This document shows positions 35,764 to 45,675 of a stretch of 64,000 nt of DNA, piece after piece. Position numbers and translations under genes: made by a program. Source of the DNA: an uncultured Candidatus Saccharibacteria bacterium (GTDB taxonomy: Bacteria > Patescibacteriota > Saccharimonadia > Saccharimonadales > Saccharimonadaceae); the NCBI GenBank assembly GCA_964608555.1, contig CAZSPU010000002.1, forward strand, positions 1,395 to 65,394, written 5' to 3'. The notes under the pieces were generated by a model, which saw only the letters and a program-made list of their open reading frames with translations, was not told the DNA's origin and did not search any database. How positions within the stretch are numbered: the stretch's first letter is position 1; every line of letters begins with the position of its first letter.

Positions 35764-38319
35764 CTAGACAATTGTCGCACCAAGCTGCACCACCTCCACG
35801 TTGATGCTATTCATTATAGCAGAAATTTCTTCTTGACCAAGAGTTTTGTCGGGATTAGAAAATTTGAGATGGAAAGAGATGTTTTTGGTAGCGTCATCGG
35901 TAGCGGCTTGGTAAATTGAAACGGGAGTGGTTTCATAAATTAAGCCGTTTCCGGCCAAAACCTCATCAATACGACTATAAAAACGCCCAAAAGCAGCATC
36001 GGCCGCCACACGCAAAGTCAAATCTCGCTCCACAAACGGGAATTTGGAAATTTTGAGGTCGACGTTGATTTGGCGCGGCAAGTCTACTAAGGCATCTAGA
36101 TTGAGCTCAGCGGCGGAAACGGTGTGTTCGATCTTCAGGCGGCGCAGGACGGCAGCCCTAATCTCGCCAAAAGCGCCAATAATCTCGCCGCCCAGCGTCA
36201 CGACGGCGCTACGGACGGGCTCGAGATAAGGGTAGAGTGCGGCGGCCTTGGAATTGGCGGTCATTTGCACATATTCAATCTGCAATTTGAGACCTTTGCT
36301 GGTGAGAGCGAGCAACTGAGACTTCAGATGGTAAAAATCGCCAAGCGTCACGATACTCAAATCGGTCTTCATGACAGGAGTAGATTCGGCATTGAGACCC
36401 CAAGCTTTACTGGTGACTTGATTCATTTCGTAGAGGGTGAAATCTTGATGGCCGGACTTGATATTTTCGCGCACTTTGTCGAGCAGGCTAGGGACGATCT
36501 GCTGACGGAAACATTGCAATTCTGGAGAAATCGAATTGACGATTTCGTAACTGAGTTCGGGATCTTGACCGACCTTTTCGAGCAAACTGCGGCTGACAAA
36601 AGAATAAGTCAGAAGTTCGTTCATCTGTAAATTATCAGATAAGAGCTCGCGTAATTCACGTTTGAATTTGAACATCGGGGCGATTTCGCTGCCGATGAAA
36701 GGTTTTTCGGGCAAAGATAAGGTAATATTATCATAACCCAGAAGGCGGCCTACTTCTTCGATTACGTCTTCGGCAATATGGATGTCGGTGCGCCAAATTG
36801 GCACAGTGACCTCTAGGAGGGCCTCAGATGCCGCTAGCTTAGCGCCAGATGGCGTCTCAGTATCAGACCTTGCTGATACCGCACTTTTAGCATAACCGGC
36901 CTGAGAAGACTTAGAATTGGCCTTTGATGGCATTTTGGAAGAAGTTTGCACTGCGAAACCGACATTTTCGAGAGTGCGCACGATAGTTTCTGTATCATAA
37001 TTCGTGCCAAGCAGGTCATTGATGGCGGATGTTGTCAATTTTACAACATTCTGCTCTTGGTCGGCAACCCATTCATCGTCGACCGCCAGTATATTCAGAG
37101 AACTACCCAGCTTGGAGATGGTCTCAGCTAAAACCGGTAAAGTCATCGCGGCAGACTGCCCCTTGGTGAAACGGGTAATGGCTTCAGAGAAAATGCCATG
37201 GGCCATTTGTGTCTTGCGCAAATGATAAAGCGAGAAAGTAGCACTTTCGAGGACGACGCGCTGAGTTGAAGCGTCAATTTCGGTATTTTTGCCACCCATT
37301 GCGCCCGCGAGAGCGACTGGAATATCATTACTGGTGATTAAAATATCTTCGGGAACGCATTCGATCGTCTTGCCGTCTAATAATTGCAGCATCTCCCCGG
37401 TCTGAGCGGCACGGACGATGATTTTGGGCGTATCAGTACCGCCAACCTGGATTAATTTGTCGTAGTCAAAAGCGTGCAAAGGCTGACCAGTACGTAGCAT
37501 AATAATGTTCGTCAGATCGACCATTGGATCGATACTACGCATGCCGGCTTTGGCCAAGAAGACATCGGACGGAGAGAGATACTTCTTTTTGTCGTATTTT
37601 GGCAGATCGAAGACTGCGCAGGAATAGCGAGGGCAGAGCGATTTGTCGGTGATTTTGACGCTAAGAGGCAAATCATGAACCGGCGCCAGCTCAGGCCACT
37701 CTGGCTCTTGGAATTTGAGGCCCAAAATTCCCGAAACTTCCCTGGCAAAGCCGATCAGTCCGAAACAGTCGGGGCGATGCGTGAGAGATTTGTTTTCGAC
37801 ATCCAGAATAATATCATTAAGCTCAAAAATCGTCGCGAAACTGTCGCCGGGCTGGGCGATTTTGGGGTCGATTTCGGCAATACCTTCGTGATCTGTACCG
37901 AGATCAAGCTCGTCAACAGCCGCAAGCATACCGTTAGATTGATATCCACGCAATTTACGAGCACCGAGCTTAAAATCTTCGCCGCCATAAGTCTGCGGTA
38001 CAATGGCGCCTGGAGCCAACCAGACCGCCAGCATGCCTTCACGGACATTGGGCGCGCCACAAACCACCTGAATTAGGCCACCTTCGGCTAGCTCTTCGCG
38101 CGCCTCGCCGGCGTCAATCTTACATAATGTTAAGTGTGTGTCGGGGATTTTCTCGGCGCTGACGACTTTGACGATATAGGCTTCGCGGTACTTAGGCGCT
38201 AGGTCAATCACTTCTTCGACTTCGACTAGGCGCGAACCGATCAGCTCAATCAGTTCTTGGTCAGAAATCGCAAGCGGCTCCGACAGATAGTTTTTGATTT
38301 CAAGTAGCGAAATTAGCAT
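35764..38319 (-). CDS. pheT: Phenylalanine--tRNA ligase beta subunit
   Basis: VVCGAPNV, NRPD-like LTHRPDC, GQPLHAFDYDK, RTDIHIAEDVIEEVGRLLGYDNI, C-terminal FPFVERDL (FDX-ACB). Confidence 0.95.
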   Translation of the reverse strand: MLISLLEIKNYLSEPLAISDQELIELIGSRLVEVEEVIDLAPKYREAYIVKVVSAEKIPDTHLTLCKIDAGEAREELAEGGLIQVVCGAPNVREGMLAVWLAPGAIVPQTYGGEDFKLGARKLRGYQSNGMLAAVDELDLGTDHEGIAEIDPKIAQPGDSFATIFELNDIILDVENKSLTHRPDCFGLIGFAREVSGILGLKFQEPEWPELAPVHDLPLSVKITDKSLCPRYSCAVFDLPKYDKKKYLSPSDVFLAKAGMRSIDPMVDLTNIIMLRTGQPLHAFDYDKLIQVGGTDTPKIIVRAAQTGEMLQLLDGKTIECVPEDILITSNDIPVALAGAMGGKNTEIDASTQRVVLESATFSLYHLRKTQMAHGIFSEAITRFTKGQSAAMTLPVLAETISKLGSSLNILAVDDEWVADQEQNVVKLTTSAINDLLGTNYDTETIVRTLENVGFAVQTSSKMPSKANSKSSQAGYAKSAVSARSDTETPSGAKLAASEALLEVTVPIWRTDIHIAEDVIEEVGRLLGYDNITLSLPEKPFIGSEIAPMFKFKRELRELLSDNLQMNELLTYSFVSRSLLEKVGQDPELSYEIVNSISPELQCFRQQIVPSLLDKVRENIKSGHQDFTLYEMNQVTSKAWGLNAESTPVMKTDLSIVTLGDFYHLKSQLLALTSKGLKLQIEYVQMTANSKAAALYPYLEPVRSAVVTLGGEIIGAFGEIRAAVLRRLKIEHTVSAAELNLDALVDLPRQINVDLKISKFPFVERDLTLRVAADAAFGRFYSRIDEVLAGNGLIYETTPVSIYQAATDDATKNISFHLKFSNPDKTLGQEEISAIMNSINVEVVQLGATIV

Positions 38320-39267
38320 TTAAAATTCCTCCAAAAAGTCAAGTTTGCCTGATTCAAAGTAGCGTACGTCGCTTAAGTTGTACTTTAGCATCGCCAAGCG
38401 GTCGATACCGCCACCCCAGGCGAAACCGTGATATATAGTCGGATCGATGCCGGCCATCTTGAGGACGTTGGGATGGATCATGCCACAACCAAGCATTTCT
38501 AGCCAATCGCCACCTTTGCCACCCAAGCAGGCGGGCTTCTCGATCAAGAGCTCGGCAGAAGGCTCGGTGAACGGGAAATAGCCGGGCTGAGTCTTGATGT
38601 TGAGTTTTTGGCCATAATACGCCTCGAAGAACTGCTTGAGAACGCCAAACATCTGGCCCATCGTAGCATCTTTCGAAACAAAGACACCTTCGCATTGATA
38701 AAAAGTGTGTTCGTGCGTGACGTCGACGTCTTCATTACGGAAGACGCGACCAGGGACGACAACGGCGATCTGGCCACCTTGGGCAAGGCGAGATTTGTAT
38801 TTTTTGAGAGCGCGATGTTGCATCGTAGAAGTATGCGCAGGCGGAATAAAACCTTCGGCCGTCCGAAAAGTATCATAGCCGTCACGCGCTGGGTGACCCT
38901 GAGAGAAGTTGAGGCTATCAAACATATGAAATTCGTCGTCTAGCTGCTGAGGCTCCATCACGTCAAAACCCATGTCGGCGTATATATTAGCAACGCGGTT
39001 AAGCTCGACCATCAGAGGATGCTTGGTGCCAAATTTCGGCTGAAAAATCGGCGCGTTCGGAAAGCTAGGAGCAGAGACATCAATCGGCGACACCTCAGCG
39101 CTCTCCGCGGCTTCTTCAGCCTTGGCGATGGCAGTGAGGATTTTTTGCTTTTTCGCATTGATTTCTTTGCCAAACTTACCGCGCTCTTCGGGCGGCAAAG
39201 TCTTAATCTTAGCATACTCAGCGTTGATATTTTTTAATTCGGATTTCAACTTCTCTATATCTGACAT
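38320..39267 (-). CDS. pheS: Phenylalanine--tRNA ligase alpha subunit
   Basis: GTKHPL, HPARD, GRVFRNE, HTFYQCEG, PGYFPFTEPSAE, WLEMLGCGMIHPNVL, GFAWGGGIDRLAML. Confidence 0.95.
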   Translation of the reverse strand: MSDIEKLKSELKNINAEYAKIKTLPPEERGKFGKEINAKKQKILTAIAKAEEAAESAEVSPIDVSAPSFPNAPIFQPKFGTKHPLMVELNRVANIYADMGFDVMEPQQLDDEFHMFDSLNFSQGHPARDGYDTFRTAEGFIPPAHTSTMQHRALKKYKSRLAQGGQIAVVVPGRVFRNEDVDVTHEHTFYQCEGVFVSKDATMGQMFGVLKQFFEAYYGQKLNIKTQPGYFPFTEPSAELLIEKPACLGGKGGDWLEMLGCGMIHPNVLKMAGIDPTIYHGFAWGGGIDRLAMLKYNLSDVRYFESGKLDFLEEF

Positions 39268-39616
39268 AATATTATTATAGCACAGTTTAGGTTTTTGCCT
39301 GAGAATCAGCTGGAGACTGTGCTATTATATACAGATTGGCAGGAAGTGAAGTTAATCCTAGATCCGCCTCTTTTTATTTTGGCTATACTGTAGTGAAAAT
39401 GGAAATGACTCTTTGATCTCGGTTATGTTACACTTGGGGATAGAATTGAGCGGAAAAACGTGAACCCCCAGCTATTTTCTTCCTCCGGATATTTTACTCT
39501 ATAAAGCGATATTCTCAGATTAGCGGGGCGAGGGTTAGGGTTTTACGCGGAAAATAGTTGACAAAAAAGTAAATCTGTGCTATAATGGAAGGATAGGGTA
39601 TACCAAAATTATTTCT

Positions 39617-39847
39617 TTAGATAAAAACAATACAGATAATAGAGGCGATTGCCAAAACAATCAAAATAATCCAAACCCAGGTAAATTTGCCGGATTTTTT
39701 GGTATTTTCGATGTAGGCGGAGTCGTCAACGTAATCAGGATCGTCGTCTCTATCGCGACTATGTTGCGCGCGTGCTCGTAAATCTGCCGAAATGCGACGA
39801 TCTAATTCTGACCTTTCATCCATATCTCTTGAAACCATAATTCCCAT
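39617..39847 (-). CDS. Small membrane protein (acidic N-terminus, C-terminal TM)
   Basis: 76 aa ending WVWIILIVLAIASIICIVFI; upstream -10 box near 39890. Confidence 0.65.
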   Translation of the reverse strand: MGIMVSRDMDERSELDRRISADLRARAQHSRDRDDDPDYVDDSAYIENTKKSGKFTWVWIILIVLAIASIICIVFI

Positions 39848-39945
39848 GAAAATCCTTTGCGATTGTTATGCTTAACTTTGTACCTTCCCATTGTATCACA
39901 CGTGTGCTATAATTTAGTGAATATCAGTGTAAGGAGGTTTTAATA

Positions 39946-40929
39946 ATGGCAAATCAAAAGCCAAAGAAATCTGCTAAGAAACCAGCAGATAAGCCTGAAT
40001 CCAACAAAGATGCCAAGGACGCAAAAGTAGTGGACGAAGAAGTAATCGAGACCGAGACTATTTCTGTCAGCGAGGACGATAGTAAGAAGACTATTACTTC
40101 AAAATCTTGCGATAAGCCAATGAAGGGATTCTTTGCTCGTAAGTACAGTCAGAACGAAAATATTCTCACGATTTTCAAGACACCAAAGATTTGGGGCGCT
40201 TTAATCGGCGAAGCTCTCGGCATGATGATTATTACTATGTTCATGCTCATGGTCGGCATCGGTTCTTCGACGCCTTTGTACTGCGTGCTGGTCTTGGCAG
40301 GCGTTTATTTGATTGTGGTACGTCTTTCGGGCGCACATCTTAATCCACTTGTAACCGCCGGCATGATGGCGACTCGCCGCGTCTCTGCGATTCGTGGTAT
40401 TTTGTATATGCTAGCACAGTTACTTGGTGGCTGGATTGGCTTACTAATTCTCAACGGATTCCGTATCGCTAGTGAGACACAATCTGAATTACCGATGATG
40501 AATGCAATTGAAAACTTCGAGGGTTTCTTACCGCTTGCTCTGCTCGAGCTCTTTGGAGCAGTTTTGATTGCCTTTGGTTTCGCTCGTGCTTTGCGTTTTG
40601 CAAAGAAGAATCCGACTGCGTTCGCTCTTAGCGTTACTGCAGTGCTAGCCTTCGTCTTCCTGTTTGGTTGGCTGGTAGCCTACGGTTACTTCGGCGTTCA
40701 GAACGGCTGCACATTTAATCCAGTTGTAGCGTTGATGTATCGCGTTATCCCAACGGCCTTGGATACTGAGAGTAACGCTTTTGCAATTGCAGGTTTCGGT
40801 ATTCTTACCTACATTATCGTTCCGATCATCGGTGGCGTGATTGGCTTCTACCTGTCTGACATTGCAACACGTCTATCATGTGGTGGCTACTTCTGCGATT
40901 GCGATGACGACAAAGAGCTGGACGCTTAG
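39946..40929 (+). CDS. MIP/aquaporin-family channel
   Basis: SGAHLNPLVT and FNPVVA boxes, six TM helices; AAGGAGG SD. Confidence 0.85.
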   Translation: MANQKPKKSAKKPADKPESNKDAKDAKVVDEEVIETETISVSEDDSKKTITSKSCDKPMKGFFARKYSQNENILTIFKTPKIWGALIGEALGMMIITMFMLMVGIGSSTPLYCVLVLAGVYLIVVRLSGAHLNPLVTAGMMATRRVSAIRGILYMLAQLLGGWIGLLILNGFRIASETQSELPMMNAIENFEGFLPLALLELFGAVLIAFGFARALRFAKKNPTAFALSVTAVLAFVFLFGWLVAYGYFGVQNGCTFNPVVALMYRVIPTALDTESNAFAIAGFGILTYIIVPIIGGVIGFYLSDIATRLSCGGYFCDCDDDKELDA

Positions 40930-41144
40930 TTTAATATAAACTTAAGACTAACAAACTATAATCCCCTGGTTGAACTGGGGGATTTTAGTTAATGTAGGAG
41001 TCGCGCGAAATCGTGGCAATCATTTTGCGGCGAAAATTGGGTTGTTATGAAAATAATGCCTAGTATATGTTATATAGTAGATAGTATTATTCAGCCGACC
41101 GAGAATGTCTGTACGCAAAATATCAAAATCTTTGTGTTATAATA

Positions 41145-43994
41145 ATGATTAAGATGTCTCAAAAACGCAAAAATAAAGTTCCAGATTCTATTCTTAGCTT
41201 GTCTAAAGGTTTTCAGGCGAATTTTTCTGGTGCCAGGCCGCCAAAAAAGCAACATCGGATCGAAGTTCGTGACAGTCAGAGTTCTAACACGCAAGCTGAC
41301 GAGAAGAAATCGGAAATTTGGACCACTATGCGGCCAGAAAACCAACAGAACTGGGCAAAGCCTATGGAGGCTAAGAGTGAAAAAAGCGAAAAAGATGCGC
41401 CTCAGAAGAAGACTACCTTGGCAGCACGGGCCGAGTTGCGTCCTAAGCCAGTTTTAAAGCAAAATGATGCAGAAAAAACCGTCGATAAAGTTACGGCTCA
41501 GCAGAGTATATCCAAACCAGCCTCGTCAAAACCAGATTCGTCTAGGCAAGATACATCCAAGCAGAACTCCTCTCTACATATCGAAAAGAGTCAGCAAGAT
41601 CAACCGGCAAAAGCAAACGCACAAAAGCAGAATCAGTTGGTAAAGGTAGATGAGCCTAAACATGATCAATTAGCAAAAGCAGAAGATTCCAAGAAAGACT
41701 CATCGCTCAAATCTGAGACTATCAAGGTTGAGCTAAAGGATAAAAAAGCAAAAGATAGCACGTCACAAGCGCGGAAAAAGACCTCCGATTTCCCAGCGAC
41801 TCAAAAGGCTGACACTTCCCCAACGGCTCAAGAGGTTGGTGATTCTTCGGTAGCGCAAAAGACTAGCAGTTCCTTGGCAGCCCAAAAGAAAGTAGCTAAA
41901 ATAGTTCAGGCGTCGACGGGACGTAAATCTGCGAAGACCGTCAACGACATGAAATCGAAGAATGGCAAGTCGCCTTTTGCGACTGAGATCAAATTGGCGA
42001 ATTTACCAAATGATGATAGAGCTAACCTGAACCAAATTCGACGAGAAAACGAAGAAAAAGTTAAGCTGGCCAAATCTCGGAACGATCAGCGTCGGCGCCA
42101 TACGATGCCAATTTTTCTGCGAGTGCTATTTTCGGTCTTGCTATTAGTCGGTACTTCGGTTTTGTTTACTTGGTTTATTCTCTGGCGTCAGAATTTGTGT
42201 GAAGTTGAGCCAACCGAAAACTTTATTACTAACAAGCCGGCCCTGTTCACATATAGTTGTATCATTATCTTTTGCTTGATGGCAATTATTGCTTCGTTAA
42301 CTTGGCGCATTTTCTTTACGCTTGGGTTGTCTTTCTCGATTATAAGTGTAATTACTTTTATTAATATTCAGAAGTTTAAACTACGGGCGACACCGCTGGT
42401 GCCGGAAGATTTCTTAATGGCGGATCAAGCGGGAAATCTGACGCAGTTTGTCGATATGGGGAGTATCGTCAGATTGGTTATTGGCGTGATTTTCATTATG
42501 GTGGGAGCGATCTTTTTGGAGTATTGCGCGGGTAAAGTCATTGGGCGCGATAAACGCGGGCTGGCATGGTGGGATCGTTTCGCTTTAATACCACGCGCTT
42601 CTTTCTTGATGGCATCATTAGCAGCTTTTAGTCTCATAGCTCATCCGATTTTGACGCGCAATCCGCCGGAATGGCTTGAAGATATTGATTTAGTGGGCTG
42701 GAATCAGGCAGAAAACTATCTGAAAAACGGTTTCGTGATTGGGTTTTTGTATAATTTTGGTAAACTTTCAGTTGATCCACCGGAAGATTATAATGAAGAA
42801 ACTATGCAAGCTGTCGCTGAGAAATATCGTGCTAAGAAAAAGGCGGATGAGAATAGCCCCGAAAGTGAGCGCAAGCCGATTGATGAAATTGCCGAGAATA
42901 TCGTAGTAGTGCTGGATGAAACTTTTTATGATCCAGAACTGTTGACAAAATATTATAGTCATCGCGGTGGCGATCCGTTGCCAAATTTACGTCGGATTTT
43001 CCGAGATTATCCGAGCGGCTATATGTATTCACCAGAATATGGCGGCAATACGGCCAATGTAGAATTCGAAATCCAAACTGGCTTGTCAAATTATTGGGCT
43101 AATTCGATGCCTTATGTCAATTCAATCCCAAAAACACACGGAGTCTTGAGTGTCGCGAACTGGGCGAAAGAGTTAGGTTTTGAGACGACGGCGATTCATA
43201 CTTACGATGGCACGTTCTACAAGCGCAATTGGGTCTATCCATTGCTGGGGTATAATACCTTTATCGACGAGGATTTAATGACGCATACCGAAAAGGAGCA
43301 TTTGAGTCTTTATATTAACGATCGCTCAGTTTTTAATGAAGTTTTGGATACGTTGAGAGATAACGATGATCCGCAAATGATTGCCGCAGTGACGATGCAG
43401 AATCATTCTCCTTATAATATTGCGCAATATCCGGAGCTGAATTTCCCTTTGATTGAGGCTGACAATGTATTTCTAGAACACAGTTTTGAAAGTTTGTATC
43501 ATGCGGATGAATATGTGGGCGAGTTTCTTGATGCACTAGACCGGCTTGATGAGCCAACAGTCGTATTGTGGTTTGGTGATCATGCCGCAGGTTTGTTGGA
43601 TGCTTATACTCAGTCCGAAGAAAAGATTGACCGTGATTTCGCACATCTAACGCCGTATTTTATTTATGCTAATTTTGATATTGAAAGTATGTACACGCCA
43701 GCCGAAGTTGCGGAGATGAATGAAAAATTAGGTTTTGAGCTACCAGAATTGATTGCGCGGAATGTCGATTTGCCAATCGTATCGCCAAATTGCCTACAAA
43801 ATACAATGTATAATATTATCGGCGCCGAGAAGCCAGCACTCTTTTACCTTGTGGATGAAATTTGTCAGGAAGTGCCGGTTTTGACTTTGGCTTATCTAGG
43901 CAATACAATTCTAGAGCAGACAGAAGCACTTCATGACTACGAGTTAGTAAGTTATGACGTTTTGGGCGGCGGACAATACTGGGACGGAAAGTAA
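41145..43994 (+). CDS. LTA synthase (LtaS)/sulfatase-family membrane enzyme with long charged N-terminal extension
   Basis: Five TMs with 'RATPLVPEDF', LDETF, GGNTANVEFE (catalytic Thr), TMQNHSPY, VLWFGDH. Confidence 0.85.
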   Translation: MIKMSQKRKNKVPDSILSLSKGFQANFSGARPPKKQHRIEVRDSQSSNTQADEKKSEIWTTMRPENQQNWAKPMEAKSEKSEKDAPQKKTTLAARAELRPKPVLKQNDAEKTVDKVTAQQSISKPASSKPDSSRQDTSKQNSSLHIEKSQQDQPAKANAQKQNQLVKVDEPKHDQLAKAEDSKKDSSLKSETIKVELKDKKAKDSTSQARKKTSDFPATQKADTSPTAQEVGDSSVAQKTSSSLAAQKKVAKIVQASTGRKSAKTVNDMKSKNGKSPFATEIKLANLPNDDRANLNQIRRENEEKVKLAKSRNDQRRRHTMPIFLRVLFSVLLLVGTSVLFTWFILWRQNLCEVEPTENFITNKPALFTYSCIIIFCLMAIIASLTWRIFFTLGLSFSIISVITFINIQKFKLRATPLVPEDFLMADQAGNLTQFVDMGSIVRLVIGVIFIMVGAIFLEYCAGKVIGRDKRGLAWWDRFALIPRASFLMASLAAFSLIAHPILTRNPPEWLEDIDLVGWNQAENYLKNGFVIGFLYNFGKLSVDPPEDYNEETMQAVAEKYRAKKKADENSPESERKPIDEIAENIVVVLDETFYDPELLTKYYSHRGGDPLPNLRRIFRDYPSGYMYSPEYGGNTANVEFEIQTGLSNYWANSMPYVNSIPKTHGVLSVANWAKELGFETTAIHTYDGTFYKRNWVYPLLGYNTFIDEDLMTHTEKEHLSLYINDRSVFNEVLDTLRDNDDPQMIAAVTMQNHSPYNIAQYPELNFPLIEADNVFLEHSFESLYHADEYVGEFLDALDRLDEPTVVLWFGDHAAGLLDAYTQSEEKIDRDFAHLTPYFIYANFDIESMYTPAEVAEMNEKLGFELPELIARNVDLPIVSPNCLQNTMYNIIGAEKPALFYLVDEICQEVPVLTLAYLGNTILEQTEALHDYELVSYDVLGGGQYWDGK

Positions 43995-44023
43995 GTCCGT
44001 CCCAGATTAGCAAAGTTTGCCGA

Positions 44024-45439
44024 TTAGTGTTTTGGGAAAAGTGGTTGAGCGGGTGGCAGAATTTCGGTGCTACTGAAAATTTGCGTGATAGTTGCGGCGG
44101 TCTCGGGCAGAAAAGGCGTGAGCAGATAGGCAACATCAAGTATGCCTCGCACTAGTTCGTGCATAACTTTTTTAAGTGCTACAGTATTACCGGCTTTAGC
44201 AAGTGCCCAAGGTTTTTGCTCGTCAATTTGCTTGTTCAAGTTTTGGACTAACTGCCACACATAATCAAAAGCTTTCGCAAACTCAAAATGATCCATCAGC
44301 TCGACATACTGACTAGGCAAAGTTGTAGATGCGTCGAGGCCGCTGATGTGATTTTTGGAGCAAAGTGTAGCGAGGCGCTGAACTAGATTACCAAGATCAT
44401 TAGCAAGTTCATTGTTGTATGCTTCTTCGTACTTCTGCCAAGTGAAGTCGGAGTCGGCAAATGTATCAATATGACGAAGGAAGAAATAACGAAATGCAGT
44501 CAAGCCATATTTATCGACAACTTCAACGGGATCGATCACATTACCGATGCTTTTGCTCATTTTTTGACCATCAGCTAAGACATGGCCGTGGGCAATGATA
44601 TGCTGTGGCAACGGTAAGTCTAGGCCAAGCAAAATTGCCGACCAAGTAATGGCATGGAAGCGCAAAATATCTTTGCCAACGAATTGAGCCGTGGCTGGCC
44701 AATAAGCGGAAATATTTTGGTCAGGGTAGCCTAATACGGTAATGTAGTTCGACAAAGCGTCAATCCAAACGTACATCACTTGGTCTTCGTCTCCCGGCAC
44801 GGGGACACCCCAAGTCAGCTGCTTGCGCGGACGCGAAATAGAAATATCTGGTGCATCGGCAAGAAGCCGTAACATTTCGTGCTTGCGAAATTCTGGTAAA
44901 ATCAGCAGTTGATCAGATTCGATTTGTTGATGAATTTGGTCTTTGAAATCGCTTAAGCGGAGATAATAATTGCGTTCGGAGAGTTTTTGGTAAGGTTTTT
45001 GATGATCTGGACAAATGCCATGATTTTCGTCATATTCTTTCGATGTCACAAAACGCTCACAACCTTCGCAGTACCAACCATCATACTCGGCCGAGTAAAT
45101 ATGTGGCGACAATTTAGTCCAAATTTCTTGACAACGGCGAACATGATCGGGATCGGTGGTACGGATGAAATCGGTATAAGAAATATTAAGTTGATCGATA
45201 AAGTGGCGGAATTTGTCTGAATTCTGCTGAGCATATGCTTCGACGGTCAGATGATTCTTTTGAGCGGAACTAAAAACTTTGTTGCCATGTTCGTCTGTGC
45301 CAACTTGAAAGCGTACTTCATCTCCGCGAAGCCGACGATATCGTGCATAAGTATCAGCCAAAAGATAATCCATGGCATGACCAATATGGGGATTACCGTT
45401 GACATAAGGAATTGCTGTGCAGAGATATACTTTTGACAT
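44024..45439 (-). CDS. metG: Methionine--tRNA ligase
   Basis: TAIPYVNGNPHIGHA (HIGH), GTDEHG, YVWIDALSNY, GKDILRFH, KMSKS. Confidence 0.97.
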   Translation of the reverse strand: MSKVYLCTAIPYVNGNPHIGHAMDYLLADTYARYRRLRGDEVRFQVGTDEHGNKVFSSAQKNHLTVEAYAQQNSDKFRHFIDQLNISYTDFIRTTDPDHVRRCQEIWTKLSPHIYSAEYDGWYCEGCERFVTSKEYDENHGICPDHQKPYQKLSERNYYLRLSDFKDQIHQQIESDQLLILPEFRKHEMLRLLADAPDISISRPRKQLTWGVPVPGDEDQVMYVWIDALSNYITVLGYPDQNISAYWPATAQFVGKDILRFHAITWSAILLGLDLPLPQHIIAHGHVLADGQKMSKSIGNVIDPVEVVDKYGLTAFRYFFLRHIDTFADSDFTWQKYEEAYNNELANDLGNLVQRLATLCSKNHISGLDASTTLPSQYVELMDHFEFAKAFDYVWQLVQNLNKQIDEQKPWALAKAGNTVALKKVMHELVRGILDVAYLLTPFLPETAATITQIFSSTEILPPAQPLFPKH

Positions 45440-45675
45440 AATATATATTGTAACATATTTTCATAGAAATGGGTATTTTACCCATAAGAGATAGGTTGGT
45501 TCCATTTTTCTCAGAGAAATATGTTGTAAAAATTACAACAGTTTAAGACTATATAAGATTGGTATTATGGAACAATGCTCAAAAGAGCGACCACGCTAAC
45601 TCGTATCCCGGAATTACACCCAAAAAGAGACCCTTAGATATCACAAGAGTCTCCAGACGGAAATTTGATATTGAA

